DNA of 64,000 nucleotides from a virus (IMGVR_UViG_3300042013_000067:64001-128000); one strand, 5' to 3'. Counted from the stretch's first letter, positions 27,061 through 36,845 are shown. Notes: a model not told the origin generated them from the letters alone. Translations and numbers: made by a program.

Positions 27061-29277
27061 ATGGAAAACATCAAGCAAATCTTCGCTAAACGCAACAGCG
27101 TTGGCGTAGCCTTCAGCGTGCAGGCTCTGGTAAAGAACCTGGATGCGAACATCGAAGCAGCTGGTTCCACCCTGCGCATCAACGCCGACATGGCCGAACG
27201 CGTTTCGAACGAAGACTTCGGTGCTGCCGACGTCGGCGACAAGATCGATAACGTCTACGAGGCCCTGGGCCGCGAGCTGGCTACTCTGTCTTTCGAAGCG
27301 TTCAACGCCGAGCGTAAAGGCGACGCAGCCCGCATCAGCGAAAACATGCAGGTTGCTGCTACCATCGGCCTGTTCGGCGCATCGAACGAAGGCGCGTACA
27401 AGAAAGCCCTGTTGGCCTCGACTCGCGCTATCAGCTCCAGCGACCAAAACATCATTGTTGCCAAAGGCAACATGGTCGGCGCCAGCGGCACCATCCCGGC
27501 ATTCGGTGAAGGCGTCTCCCTGGAAAACTACAACGAGAAGTCCTCGCGTGACTTCCGCGTCGTTACCGCGGCCTACAACCTGAGCTCCTCGCGTCAGGAT
27601 GCCTTCTCTGAAGCCATCTACCGCACCACTCTGGTTAACGCCCAAGAAGGCGGCGCCGTTCAGATCGTGCCATACGTGGCCCTGCTGAAAGACGTATACC
27701 ACAAAACCACCGGTGCCAAGTTCGACACCAAAGAAGTGAACGTTGTCGACGCTTACCGCGATCCTTCGATCCTGGACCAAGAATCGACCATGCTGATCCC
27801 AGCCGTTGCTGCTGGTAACGCTGTGCACTTCGTTGCCCCTGGCGACGTGGCCGTGGTTGCGAAGACCGACGAGCGTGGCGGTAGCTACAACACTGCTCCT
27901 CTGAAGTTCGGCGCCAAGTTCGACCTGATCGGTATCTCGAACCACAACGCCCTGGTTGGCTCCGGCGTACTGGATCTGTCCGACACCATCGACCCTGCCG
28001 GTTCCATGAAGAACCTGTACATCAAGTCGGCTGGTAATGGCACCGAGCCTGCCCAGGTTCTGAAGTTCAAAACCGACAAACTGCCTTCGGCTACTTTCGT
28101 ACCGAAGCTGGTCGGCGATACCCGCAACATCGCGGTGAGCTTCGAAACTGAAAAGCTGAAAATCGTCGGCGGTAGTCGCGGCGTGGGCGGCGGTACTCTG
28201 GAAGCGATCACCGAGCTGGACGCTGCCAAGTGGACCGTACTGCTGAGCATCAAAGTTGACGGTACCATCTCGGTATCCCGTGGCCAGTGCCAGTTCATCT
28301 CCGGCCCGGTTACCATCGAAGGTATCCGCGACGAAGACGGCGGCGTGGTCGACCACACCTCCGGTGCCGGTGCTGCCCTGGTTGCCAAGTTCGGCGCGCT
28401 GACCGCTATCGGTTACGACCTCGACGCTCGCTTCACCAACACCAACAAACGTAAACGCGGCCAGCTGATCCAGACCCGTGCGGTGCAATTCCGCTACCCA
28501 ATCTGGATGCACTCCCCAGTTACCCTGCCACTGTCCGTAATGGACGAGCAAGGTCCAGGCGAAGTTGCACGTGCTCTGACCGTCGTTACCGACATCCGCA
28601 ACAGTGCCAACGCCGCTACCGCTGCGCTGAACTACGTTGCCCAGCTGAAAGAAGTGGTTGGCGATTCCTCGGCCGTGGCTGAGTTCGGCGACGTAGAAGG
28701 TGCCCTGAGCATCATGATGCGTCCTACCTACCGCTACCACAAGCTGGTCCTGACCGGTAGCCTCGACACCATCCGTTCCGGCGACCGCTGGACCGACGTG
28801 ACCGAAGCGCTGCTGAACACCATCAAAGGTCTGCTGTTCCCAGCATACCGCGACTCGAACATCGAGAGCGTGTTCCAGGTGGTATCGGGCAACATCGACG
28901 AACGTCCGAAGTTCCTGATCTGCACCGACCGCGAAATCGCCAACTACCTGCAACAGGTCGGCGATAACCGTACTCTGGGTGCATACCTGAAGTACGACGT
29001 TGTTGCTACCAACAACAAGAAGTTCGACGGCAAGATCCTCGTGATCCCAACCCGTGAGAACCCAGGCGAGAACGACGTTCTGAGCTGGGGTCAGTTCTTC
29101 TTCGTACCAACCATCGTCGGCGACATGCCGATCGCTCGTGATGGCCAGACCTCCCGCGAAATCACCGCGGTACCGTTCAACCGTCACGTCAACAACATCC
29201 CATTCGCGATCGAGATCGATGTTGAAGGTCTGCGCGAAGTGATGTCCACCTCGCTGTACAACGCTATCCTGCCTTAA
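27061..29277 (+). CDS. Major capsid protein precursor (phiKZ gp120-like)
   Basis: 738 aa, extreme codon bias. Propeptide with VSNE/LSFE/VSLE sites, then NYNEKS...YNLSSSRQDAFSEAIY, TNTNKRKRGQL and PFNRHVNNIP, characteristic of phiKZ-type capsids. Confidence 0.93.
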   Translation: MENIKQIFAKRNSVGVAFSVQALVKNLDANIEAAGSTLRINADMAERVSNEDFGAADVGDKIDNVYEALGRELATLSFEAFNAERKGDAARISENMQVAATIGLFGASNEGAYKKALLASTRAISSSDQNIIVAKGNMVGASGTIPAFGEGVSLENYNEKSSRDFRVVTAAYNLSSSRQDAFSEAIYRTTLVNAQEGGAVQIVPYVALLKDVYHKTTGAKFDTKEVNVVDAYRDPSILDQESTMLIPAVAAGNAVHFVAPGDVAVVAKTDERGGSYNTAPLKFGAKFDLIGISNHNALVGSGVLDLSDTIDPAGSMKNLYIKSAGNGTEPAQVLKFKTDKLPSATFVPKLVGDTRNIAVSFETEKLKIVGGSRGVGGGTLEAITELDAAKWTVLLSIKVDGTISVSRGQCQFISGPVTIEGIRDEDGGVVDHTSGAGAALVAKFGALTAIGYDLDARFTNTNKRKRGQLIQTRAVQFRYPIWMHSPVTLPLSVMDEQGPGEVARALTVVTDIRNSANAATAALNYVAQLKEVVGDSSAVAEFGDVEGALSIMMRPTYRYHKLVLTGSLDTIRSGDRWTDVTEALLNTIKGLLFPAYRDSNIESVFQVVSGNIDERPKFLICTDREIANYLQQVGDNRTLGAYLKYDVVATNNKKFDGKILVIPTRENPGENDVLSWGQFFFVPTIVGDMPIARDGQTSREITAVPFNRHVNNIPFAIEIDVEGLREVMSTSLYNAILP

Positions 29278-29319
29278 GCTTAGGCTTCGGCGGTAAGTGT
29301 AGTGCACAGAGTGAAATAA

Positions 29320-29360
29320 GCATAAAGCCCCCGCCTGCAATGGTCGGGGGCTTTATGCCG
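29320..29360. terminator. Conserved palindromic hairpin after the capsid gene
   Basis: GCATAAAGCCCCCG-N11-CGGGGGCTTTATGCCG. Confidence 0.8.
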
Positions 29361-29366
29361 TGTTTC

Positions 29367-29390
29367 GAAATAAATAGGGATATATATCAT
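29367..29390 (+). promoter_or_regulatory. Putative early-type promoter
   Basis: GAAATAAATAGGGATATATATCAT parallels GAAATAAAAGTGAGAACTATATAGT at about 19756-19779. Confidence 0.45.
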
Positions 29391-29438
29391 TCCCGTGACC
29401 CTCTGCCTGTAACGGCATCCACTTAAGGATCACGCCCA

Positions 29439-29876
29439 ATGAATTTCTTCCTTAAAGTAGCTGCTGCTTATCAGGCAGTACGTTTCACGATGGAATTATG
29501 TCGTGAAGCAAAGCAATTAAAAGCCCAAGCTAGACCGGTAGAGCCGACTCCTCCGAGTGAGAATAGTGGCCATTTGGTAATGCCTGAAAAAGAAAATACT
29601 CTGGACGTTAATAAAATAGGTGTCAGCTCGTCAGCTGGCTCTATACCTGGTTATGACGATCCTGGGTTTATACCGGAAGCTGTTGAGGGAGATTCCCTCG
29701 GAAAATCCACAGGGCGAATCGGAGTCGATAAAGACTGCTCCGCCGGTTCGCCTATTGTGGAGCAGCAGCATTCCAAAAAGAAACCTAGGGCGCGCAAGAA
29801 GCGGGCGCGTATTCGTCAGGCGATCCCCAGATTCACCATAGTCGAACCGACGCTGGTGTCTGTGGAGATTCGTTAA
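29439..29876 (+). CDS. Hypothetical protein with a basic patch
   Basis: 145 aa, SD AAGGA; KKKPRARKKRARIRQ; atypical codon usage. Confidence 0.5.
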   Translation: MNFFLKVAAAYQAVRFTMELCREAKQLKAQARPVEPTPPSENSGHLVMPEKENTLDVNKIGVSSSAGSIPGYDDPGFIPEAVEGDSLGKSTGRIGVDKDCSAGSPIVEQQHSKKKPRARKKRARIRQAIPRFTIVEPTLVSVEIR

Positions 29877-29890
29877 CAGGACAGCTTAAG

Positions 29891-31111
29891 ATGAGCCGTG
29901 AACTCCAGCACCTGTTCGGATCGATCGCAATCGACCCACAGGAAGAACCCAAGAAGAAAAACCCGAATGTCGCTACCAATGTGCGCTATGAGTTTTATAG
30001 CACCATGCGTAAGAAGATATTCTGGCGAGACTCACGTGGTGTTGTGGCCATCGAAGGTCCTAATGCGGCCACCAGTGGCGAAGCGTTTTACATCACGGTT
30101 GAGTACGATCTACAAACTAATGTCGAGTTAGACACTCGTGAGCTTTTTGCCTCCTTCAACCTACCGGACTCCAGTCCGCTGCGTAAAGAACTCTACAACC
30201 GCATCAACGCACTGGCCAACACCGTAAGCTGGAACAGCAACCGTCGGTTCCGTTACACGGTGGCTGTCACAGCAGACCAGATCGAGGCTGCGGGTGGCGT
30301 GGTGTATCTGCGTGACTTTGATCTGATCGTCGGCTACGAGTATCTGCGCGAAGAAGCGCTACACCCGTATTCGCAAGAAGGTCAGCTGGCTCGGATGCGC
30401 CAACAGATGCAATATGGTAACCAAGGGGCTAACCTGCGGTTCGTATTAATCGACAATACCGGTAAGGTAGAACCGGTGTGGTACAACAACGGGATTGTTG
30501 TAGTCGAAATAAAACCCCAGCGGGATGTCCAGCTGGCGGATGGGCTTTATGTCTTCTACCAGTATCGGGAAGGCGAGGAAGTACAAGCGGAGTTTCTTTC
30601 GCTCGTAGATTCCAAGGCTAAGTACCATTTGTTCGACACCCGGATAGAAGCGGTTAATCTGGGCAAGCTGGACAAGATGTTAGAACGGCTGAAATACGAC
30701 AACGAAGCCGTGTTGTTAGAGATGAAGCAACAACTGGCTACCACCGAGATCGAGCAGAAGCGCGAGAAGGTAGAGCTGGAGCGTGAGAAACAAAGACTGC
30801 AAGCAGAGCGTGAGGAAGACGAACGCCGTCGTAAGGAAGAGCAGACTGAACTAGACGCCAGAGAGCGCCGATTCCAGGAAGACCATTCACGACAGATGGC
30901 CAACATTAAAATGGAGCGTGAACGCATCGAGTGGGAGCGGAGCCAGTGGGGAGAACGGCAACGCTTTGACATGGACATGCGAACCCGTGTGCAACGAGAC
31001 AACAACGATGCCGTAAAGAATGTCTTTGAAGTACTGAAAATCGGGGTTGGGCTATTAGGCCCGTTGATTTCGGCATATGTCCTTTTTAAAGGCGGTGTCG
31101 GTAAGAAGTAA
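29891..31111 (+). CDS. Coiled-coil protein with C-terminal hydrophobic anchor
   Basis: 406 aa; long E/R/K/Q-rich coiled coil (EQKREKVELEREKQRLQAERE...) ending VLKIGVGLLGPLISAYVLF. Confidence 0.75.
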   Translation: MSRELQHLFGSIAIDPQEEPKKKNPNVATNVRYEFYSTMRKKIFWRDSRGVVAIEGPNAATSGEAFYITVEYDLQTNVELDTRELFASFNLPDSSPLRKELYNRINALANTVSWNSNRRFRYTVAVTADQIEAAGGVVYLRDFDLIVGYEYLREEALHPYSQEGQLARMRQQMQYGNQGANLRFVLIDNTGKVEPVWYNNGIVVVEIKPQRDVQLADGLYVFYQYREGEEVQAEFLSLVDSKAKYHLFDTRIEAVNLGKLDKMLERLKYDNEAVLLEMKQQLATTEIEQKREKVELEREKQRLQAEREEDERRRKEEQTELDARERRFQEDHSRQMANIKMERERIEWERSQWGERQRFDMDMRTRVQRDNNDAVKNVFEVLKIGVGLLGPLISAYVLFKGGVGKK

Positions 31112-31133
31112 CGTGTGATGCTGGGGAGCTACT

Positions 31134-32783
31134 ATGCACAACAAAATGGTTGAGCGTGTCATGGGACGTATCGCCCCCTTTACGGAGACAATTGCGGAAG
31201 GGTTAGCCTACGAGCACATGATGGGCAAGCCAAGGGGTCGTGATAACGAAGTAACAATCAACAACACGATGGCCTACAATGAACGCGTGATCCGGGTGAA
31301 CCAAGTATTGTTTCCCCCAGGATTGCGGTTCGAAGGTAGCAGGATGTGCACTGCTATCGAACACTTCGAGAAGATCACCCACGAGTACCAAAGCAAGCGC
31401 ACGGCCAACATAGCCCCTCACAGCACCTACATGGTGGAATACAACTTCAGCTATGATGCTGGGGATGGCAAGGGACGTGTAGATCTAATGCCGCGCTACG
31501 TACTGCTGCCGTTTGTACGGCCAGGTGGGCTGATGGATCTCAACGGAGCGACCTATAACCTGTCACCTATTCTGGCAGACATCGGTTATTCGGTAAGCCG
31601 CAACAGCATCTTCGTACCCTTCCGTCGGGCGAAGCTCACCTTCAACCGGGTGGACTATCGTTACATGAAAGACGGTAAGCTGGAGATCGTTTACATCATC
31701 TGGTCGACTGTGCACCAGGAAATGCATAACCGCAAGAACTCCGATCGCAATGATCGGCAGCACATCGAAAGCTGCATGGCTCACTACTTCTTCTGCGAGT
31801 ATGGGGTCAAGGAAGCATTCAAGCGCTGGGGTAATGCTGATGTAGAGATTGTCCATCGTAATGACCTGAAGAACTATCCACGGAGCAAGTTCCACATCTA
31901 CGAGTCCTGCGTGACCCGTAGTCGTCATCCGGCAGGTGATGTCTGCTTGGTGTTGCCTAAGGAACAAGTCTCGAAGTTTACGGACATGTTGGTTGGCGGG
32001 TTCTTCTACGTCGCTGATGCGTTCCCAGACCGCTTCGTGAACATGCAGTACGTTGATGGTCGTGCTTTGTGGCGCACCATCCTCGGCATGATGGTCTTCG
32101 GTGATTTCGAACACGTCGGTAAGCTAACTGAAAACATCGACAATCACATGGTGGGCTTCAACAACTACCTAGACGAAATGACCATGGATGATCTGGCGAA
32201 AGCCGGCATCAAGGTTAAGAATATCTGGGAGCTGCTGTTCTACATCATGACCGACCTGTCTCACCACTTCTACCAGACTAACCGCGAAGAAACATCGATG
32301 TACGGAAAACAATTGACCGTACTGCGGTATGTCATGGAGGAGTTCAACAGCGCTATTTCGCTGCTGACCTATAGCTTTCAAGGGCGACGCGACATTATCT
32401 GGAAAGCTACGGCGATCGAGGACATGTTGAAGAAATACCTTAAGCTCAATACGTGCGTTCGTTTGTTGACGAGCATGCATAACGAGCTGACCACAGTGAA
32501 CTACCCAGGGGACAACAAGATCATTCGACTCACCTCGATGATCGTACCGCAGGACCAAGCGCGGGCAGCCAATATGCACAACAGGGGGTTAATCAATGAC
32601 TCCAGTCGTCTGTTGGATGCGTCGATCGCAGAGATCGGGCAATATAAGAATCAGCCTAAGAGCGCGCCCGATGGACGCTCACGAATCGGTACACACGTCA
32701 AGCTCGGTATGGATGGCACCATTATCCGCCGTGATGATTGTCGTGATCTGATCGACAGAACCCAAAAACGTATCCAACGCTAA
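31134..32783 (+). CDS. Non-virion RNA polymerase beta-like subunit, N-terminal part (phiKZ gp123-like)
   Basis: 549 aa. RYVLLPFV..GG..DLNGATY.LSPILAD, FRRAKLTF, HYFFCEYG, TSMYGKQLTVLRYV, YPGDNK and SIAEIG match the split-beta subunit of phiKZ-like phages. Position just after the capsid gene fits. Confidence 0.85.
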   Translation: MHNKMVERVMGRIAPFTETIAEGLAYEHMMGKPRGRDNEVTINNTMAYNERVIRVNQVLFPPGLRFEGSRMCTAIEHFEKITHEYQSKRTANIAPHSTYMVEYNFSYDAGDGKGRVDLMPRYVLLPFVRPGGLMDLNGATYNLSPILADIGYSVSRNSIFVPFRRAKLTFNRVDYRYMKDGKLEIVYIIWSTVHQEMHNRKNSDRNDRQHIESCMAHYFFCEYGVKEAFKRWGNADVEIVHRNDLKNYPRSKFHIYESCVTRSRHPAGDVCLVLPKEQVSKFTDMLVGGFFYVADAFPDRFVNMQYVDGRALWRTILGMMVFGDFEHVGKLTENIDNHMVGFNNYLDEMTMDDLAKAGIKVKNIWELLFYIMTDLSHHFYQTNREETSMYGKQLTVLRYVMEEFNSAISLLTYSFQGRRDIIWKATAIEDMLKKYLKLNTCVRLLTSMHNELTTVNYPGDNKIIRLTSMIVPQDQARAANMHNRGLINDSSRLLDASIAEIGQYKNQPKSAPDGRSRIGTHVKLGMDGTIIRRDDCRDLIDRTQKRIQR

Positions 32784-32804
32784 CACGAAGTACGGAGAAG
32801 TACC

Positions 32805-34871
32805 ATGCACGTCCAGACCGGAGTACAACTACCCGTTTCACCTCAGCAGGTGGATGGGAGCAGCTTTAACCAGCATCTACCACAGGGCAACGATAAGTGG
32901 CCTCAAGTGCAATTCAACAATGGCGCTGATACCCAGATCGGCAGCTATGCGATTGCACTGTTCCGCACGTATGCGCAGACTCGTGCGACCAAATCCCCGA
33001 TTCACTGTTTCTGCTACAACATGCTCCAGATGAACCAGTTCAACAACCAGTTCTGGCAAGGCTGGTGTCAGTATGTGGTTGACTTCGCTGATTTCCTCCA
33101 GCGCGGTCAGAACCAACCACCACAGCAAGCGGCGGACAAAGCAGCTAGCCGTATCTACCAATCCATGCTGGCTACTGTAGCTGGTCAATACCCAGCGGTC
33201 CGTGGTATGTTGGATGCTCAGACCCAGAATGGTCTGAACGATGCCGCACAGGTAGCCAACAGCATCCAGAACGATATTGCTGGGTTCAAGCAGCGCTTGG
33301 CCGGTGGTGGTCAACAAGGCATGGGCGCCGGTATGGGTATGGGTGTCGGCGTGGGTGGTGGGGTTAACCATACTCAGCACGTCAATGCGTTTGCTGTATC
33401 GGGCGTGGGTCAATCCGTCAGCACCTACAACAACCCATCGGCCCCTGCCTCAGGTGCTACATCGGGACTGCTGTTGGGCACTGAGACCGTCAGCAAGCCA
33501 ACCTCTAGCTGGCCTGCGCCTGCACCGGGTGGGGCAGCACAACCAACCCAAGGTCTAGCGCCGGCGGCTGCTCCAGCTGCAACCCCACATAGAGCGGCAG
33601 CCACGGACGTGATTGATCACAACCACAATGCACCCATTTCGGTGGAAGACATTCGTCTCGATCCGAACTGGTACGTACCACAAGGCTTCCAGCCGGTTCA
33701 AGGTCGTCCGTATGACGTTATCCGTAACCCAGGTGGTGTGGAGATCCGTCCAGCCTATCAGGCTATGGTGGCTAAAGACAAAGCTGCGTGGCGCCGGACG
33801 GTGGGTCAGGATGCTCCGTATTCCAAACTGTATAACCCGAACACCCACATCTGCTTCTTGGCGAAATGGGTTGATGGCATTGTTAAGGAGGTTGTCGTGC
33901 CGTTGTTGCCAGAGATGGACTATCTGAAACACGAGATCAATGAAGAACTGCGCCGTAAGGCCATGCGTCCGAAAGGTCTTGTTGTGCCGCTGCCGCAGTA
34001 CAGTCAGTCTGAAGACCTCAAGGTGAAAACCATCGAAGACACCAAACAGGCGTTGGCCGAGGGTGTGATCGAGGCAGCACACCTCAGCCCAGTGGAGCTC
34101 GATGTCTACATCACCGGCACCACTGACCTGGAAAACGAAGCGCAAGCACGTGCCCAAGTGGTGGCCTTACTCGGCCTCAAACCAGATGACCTCGTACCGC
34201 CGCATGAGTACATCACCGCGAAGATGCATGAACTGCAGATTAGCGAAGAGTGCTTCAATGAGCTGTACGCCTTCCAGCAGTTCACCAAACCGCAAGAAGT
34301 TGTAGACGGTCTGCGTAAGTTGGTTGAAGCAGGGCTGTTGTCGGCACGCTATTACACCTTCATCAACACACGCCTGACCAAGGCAGTTAATGACTTCCTG
34401 CGTGACAGTCTGTCGATCGAGAAGATCAGCATTACAGACTACATGGAAGCTGCGGTGGATCTGGGACCATACCTCGCCAAGAAGCGTGGTCCAGAATACG
34501 AAACGGTTTATGTGGGTAACACTGCATCGATCGTGGGTCGCAGTTTGTCGGTAGCGTGTGAAGAAACACCAGCTGAAGAAGAAGGTCAAGAACCAATCAA
34601 GGCGTTTGGTATTGTTGACGAGTACATGAACTTCCAACTCGGTTTGCCGAGCGATGAACTCTCGACAATTGCTTTGACTGACGAAGCATGTTTGGTTTCG
34701 CAATTTGCACACCCTGCCATGATCGCTGCACTGCGGGCCATGGCTCAGCGCGCTCAGCAACTGGAAACCGCTAACCGGGTTCACATGCGGTTGATCACCA
34801 GCGATGGTTTCTACTATCAGGTGATCATCGGCAAGCTGGTTAAAGGCGCACTGTTGCTCAAGAAGGTATAA
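32805..34871 (+). CDS. Large conserved hypothetical protein with a low-complexity linker
   Basis: 688 aa: Gln-rich helical N-terminus, Gly/Met and Pro/Ala-rich linker, RPYDVIRNPGGVEIRPA...WVDGIVKE...MDYLKHE module. Confidence 0.8.
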   Translation: MHVQTGVQLPVSPQQVDGSSFNQHLPQGNDKWPQVQFNNGADTQIGSYAIALFRTYAQTRATKSPIHCFCYNMLQMNQFNNQFWQGWCQYVVDFADFLQRGQNQPPQQAADKAASRIYQSMLATVAGQYPAVRGMLDAQTQNGLNDAAQVANSIQNDIAGFKQRLAGGGQQGMGAGMGMGVGVGGGVNHTQHVNAFAVSGVGQSVSTYNNPSAPASGATSGLLLGTETVSKPTSSWPAPAPGGAAQPTQGLAPAAAPAATPHRAAATDVIDHNHNAPISVEDIRLDPNWYVPQGFQPVQGRPYDVIRNPGGVEIRPAYQAMVAKDKAAWRRTVGQDAPYSKLYNPNTHICFLAKWVDGIVKEVVVPLLPEMDYLKHEINEELRRKAMRPKGLVVPLPQYSQSEDLKVKTIEDTKQALAEGVIEAAHLSPVELDVYITGTTDLENEAQARAQVVALLGLKPDDLVPPHEYITAKMHELQISEECFNELYAFQQFTKPQEVVDGLRKLVEAGLLSARYYTFINTRLTKAVNDFLRDSLSIEKISITDYMEAAVDLGPYLAKKRGPEYETVYVGNTASIVGRSLSVACEETPAEEEGQEPIKAFGIVDEYMNFQLGLPSDELSTIALTDEACLVSQFAHPAMIAALRAMAQRAQQLETANRVHMRLITSDGFYYQVIIGKLVKGALLLKKV

Positions 34872-34930
34872 CCGTACCAATGCTGCTGTCGGTCTGGGCG
34901 GTGGCATTTTTAGTGACAGTTTAGTCACAC

Positions 34931-34952
34931 CCCCTCCCGTCAATGGGAGGGG
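34931..34952. repeat. Core-only copy of the palindrome family
   Basis: CCCCTCCC-GTCAAT-GGGAGGGG. Confidence 0.6.
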
Positions 34953-34996
34953 TCTTATTCCGCATCTACTTAATCATTCCTGTTAGGAGTAATCGC

Positions 34997-35977
34997 ATGT
35001 CGCACACACAGTCTGCTGCTGGTCAATCCCGTATGGGTAAAATGCTGGCTAGCCTACCGTTCTATGACCCGAATGAAACATTCGAAGAACTCAAACCACG
35101 CTGGGTGCTGACACCACCCGGCGTTAACATGACCATGCGCTCACTGAGCGATGGTGGTCGTGCGTTCGAAAGCCAAATGTCCCCGGCTGAACAAAAGTCG
35201 GCGTTCCAGTTCAAAGATCGCCCGAACCATCCGTTTGATCAGTTGCTGATTGATAGTGCAACAGAACACGGCGACCCTCTACCTATGCGGGGTAATCTGT
35301 TCAACCCTGTAACCAACAGCAGTAACCGTTACAGTCGCGAGCGGGCCACTGACCTGGGATACCTGAGTATCCCACATTGCGCCTTGCATCCACTTGACCA
35401 ATATCAGTTCGGTACCGATACCCCTAGCGCCGGGCAACCGGAGTTCGGGTTTACGGCTGAAGAACTCATGGAGGAATACATGCAAACCCAAACAGCCCCA
35501 ACTGTGGCGGACGTTGCAGTCGTCGAGGTTATTCAAATCGAAGATGATCGTGCTCACCAGTTGAATGCACCCGGCTGCATGGTTGCTCAAGCAGTAACCC
35601 TATTGCGTTTGCTGGAAGAAGACATCTACATGCTGGAGCGCGTAAGCATTACCAGCGTCGATGACATGATCAAGTTCAAGAAAGACCAACGTATCTCTAA
35701 CGAGGACTATGTCCGTAACAGTGTTCGCATTAAAGAAGCCATCAGTAAAGGCATCGACATGACGCCTGAAGTTGTCTGGGGTAATAAGCTTAATGCCCTA
35801 GCTAACATGCACCACAGCAAACTGATTGGTGTATTACGCCAACTCAAAACTGATGATCGGGGTGAAGAACTGATCGCTGCATTGGACCGGATGGAATACA
35901 CCAACTGGACTGATGCAGATGGCTGCATTCACCTGCGGCATAAAGCACATAACCAGTACGGCTCCATCGTGATCTAA
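34997..35977 (+). CDS. Hypothetical protein
   Basis: ATG 34997 after AGGAG. The track start at 34943 lies inside the hairpin. 326 aa. Confidence 0.75.
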   Translation: MSHTQSAAGQSRMGKMLASLPFYDPNETFEELKPRWVLTPPGVNMTMRSLSDGGRAFESQMSPAEQKSAFQFKDRPNHPFDQLLIDSATEHGDPLPMRGNLFNPVTNSSNRYSRERATDLGYLSIPHCALHPLDQYQFGTDTPSAGQPEFGFTAEELMEEYMQTQTAPTVADVAVVEVIQIEDDRAHQLNAPGCMVAQAVTLLRLLEEDIYMLERVSITSVDDMIKFKKDQRISNEDYVRNSVRIKEAISKGIDMTPEVVWGNKLNALANMHHSKLIGVLRQLKTDDRGEELIAALDRMEYTNWTDADGCIHLRHKAHNQYGSIVI

Positions 35978-35983
35978 AGAACG

Positions 35984-36022
35984 CGGCATAAGCCCCTCCC
36001 GCTTGGGAGGGGCTATATGTCG
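35984..36022. terminator. Conserved palindromic hairpin at a convergent junction
   Basis: CGGCATAAGCCCCTCCC-GCTT-GGGAGGGGCTATATGTCG followed by a T-run. Confidence 0.8.
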
Positions 36023-36032
36023 TTTTTTCTTT

Positions 36033-36770
36033 TTACCACGATAAGAAGGTTGGTGGATTAGCCAACCATTCCTCAGCAGATACCGAGTAGCCAGCTGGCG
36101 GTACGTAATTGAATTCAGCCCGTGTGATCTGACGCACTAAGTACGGCTTATCACTGTCCCAAGACTTCACGTTACCCGTTGGCTCTGGTCCTTTGATTTC
36201 CCAGAAACCTTTGGTGAGTTTGATATTCTTGCTGAACAGCAGAGACTCTTCCAGTACTTCGATCAGCACCGTCATAACCTTGAAGGGAACCTTACCAGCA
36301 CGGCCGATCAACAACACGTCCTTATAGAAACCACGTGCGGTTTTAATCGGGGTGTAGCTTTGAGTATCTGCCGAATACCCAACCAACCAGCGCTCATCGG
36401 ATTGCTTCTGATCAAACAGAAGCTTTGTATTCGGTAGCAACGACAACGGCGTATCGAAACGATACACAGTCCAACGCTGCAGTAGCTCACCGTTTTTCTT
36501 TTGTTCAGGCCAGTAGAAGTTATCCCAGCCTTGCACGTAACCGATCAAGCAGCCCAACAAACTGGGTGCTGTCGATACCCGTGCGACCGAGCGGTTCTCA
36601 TTATTGCCTGTGCGTCGGGTAACCGAGGGTACAAAGGCTTTGATGCTGGGGTTAGTCGATACATGCAGCAATGGTCCGGGCAGTTCTGCTGCTCCGATCA
36701 CCATTACTCCGTTCTGAACATGACTTGGCTGAAGGCCCAAGTAAGTATCCATTTCTCTACGTGTGGCCAT
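36033..36770 (-). CDS. Putative ADP-ribosyltransferase-fold virion protein
   Basis: LLHVST..IKAFVP (strand 1 H-x-S), ARVSTAPSLLGCL (strand 2 and helix), KLLFDQKQSDERWLV (distal Glu). C-terminal VSAEEWLANPPTFLSW. Confidence 0.45.
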   Translation of the reverse strand: MATRREMDTYLGLQPSHVQNGVMVIGAAELPGPLLHVSTNPSIKAFVPSVTRRTGNNENRSVARVSTAPSLLGCLIGYVQGWDNFYWPEQKKNGELLQRWTVYRFDTPLSLLPNTKLLFDQKQSDERWLVGYSADTQSYTPIKTARGFYKDVLLIGRAGKVPFKVMTVLIEVLEESLLFSKNIKLTKGFWEIKGPEPTGNVKSWDSDKPYLVRQITRAEFNYVPPAGYSVSAEEWLANPPTFLSW

Positions 36771-36808
36771 CTCACACCCAATGATAAGTTACGAATCATA
36801 AAATACGT

Positions 36809-36845
36809 GCATACACCCTCCCGGTTAGGGGAGGGCTTTATGCCG
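36809..36845. terminator. Conserved palindromic hairpin
   Basis: GCATACACCCTCCC-GGTTA-GGGGAGGGCTTTATGCCG. Confidence 0.75.

Noticed and set aside
27019-29340. 773-aa antisense ORF opposite the major capsid gene, with similar long antisense ORFs at 479-1663, 5772-7376, 9530-10972, 12321-13946 and 59018-60181
   Set aside because: Each exactly shadows a highly biased sense gene, which suppresses antisense stop codons. They lack an SD, a recognisable domain and a typical composition.
31134-32783. Possible intron, intein or homing endonuclease in the RNAP subunit or helicase, as known in some jumbo phages
   Set aside because: Both ORFs are uninterrupted and of ordinary length, with no LAGLIDADG, HNH or intein splice motifs.
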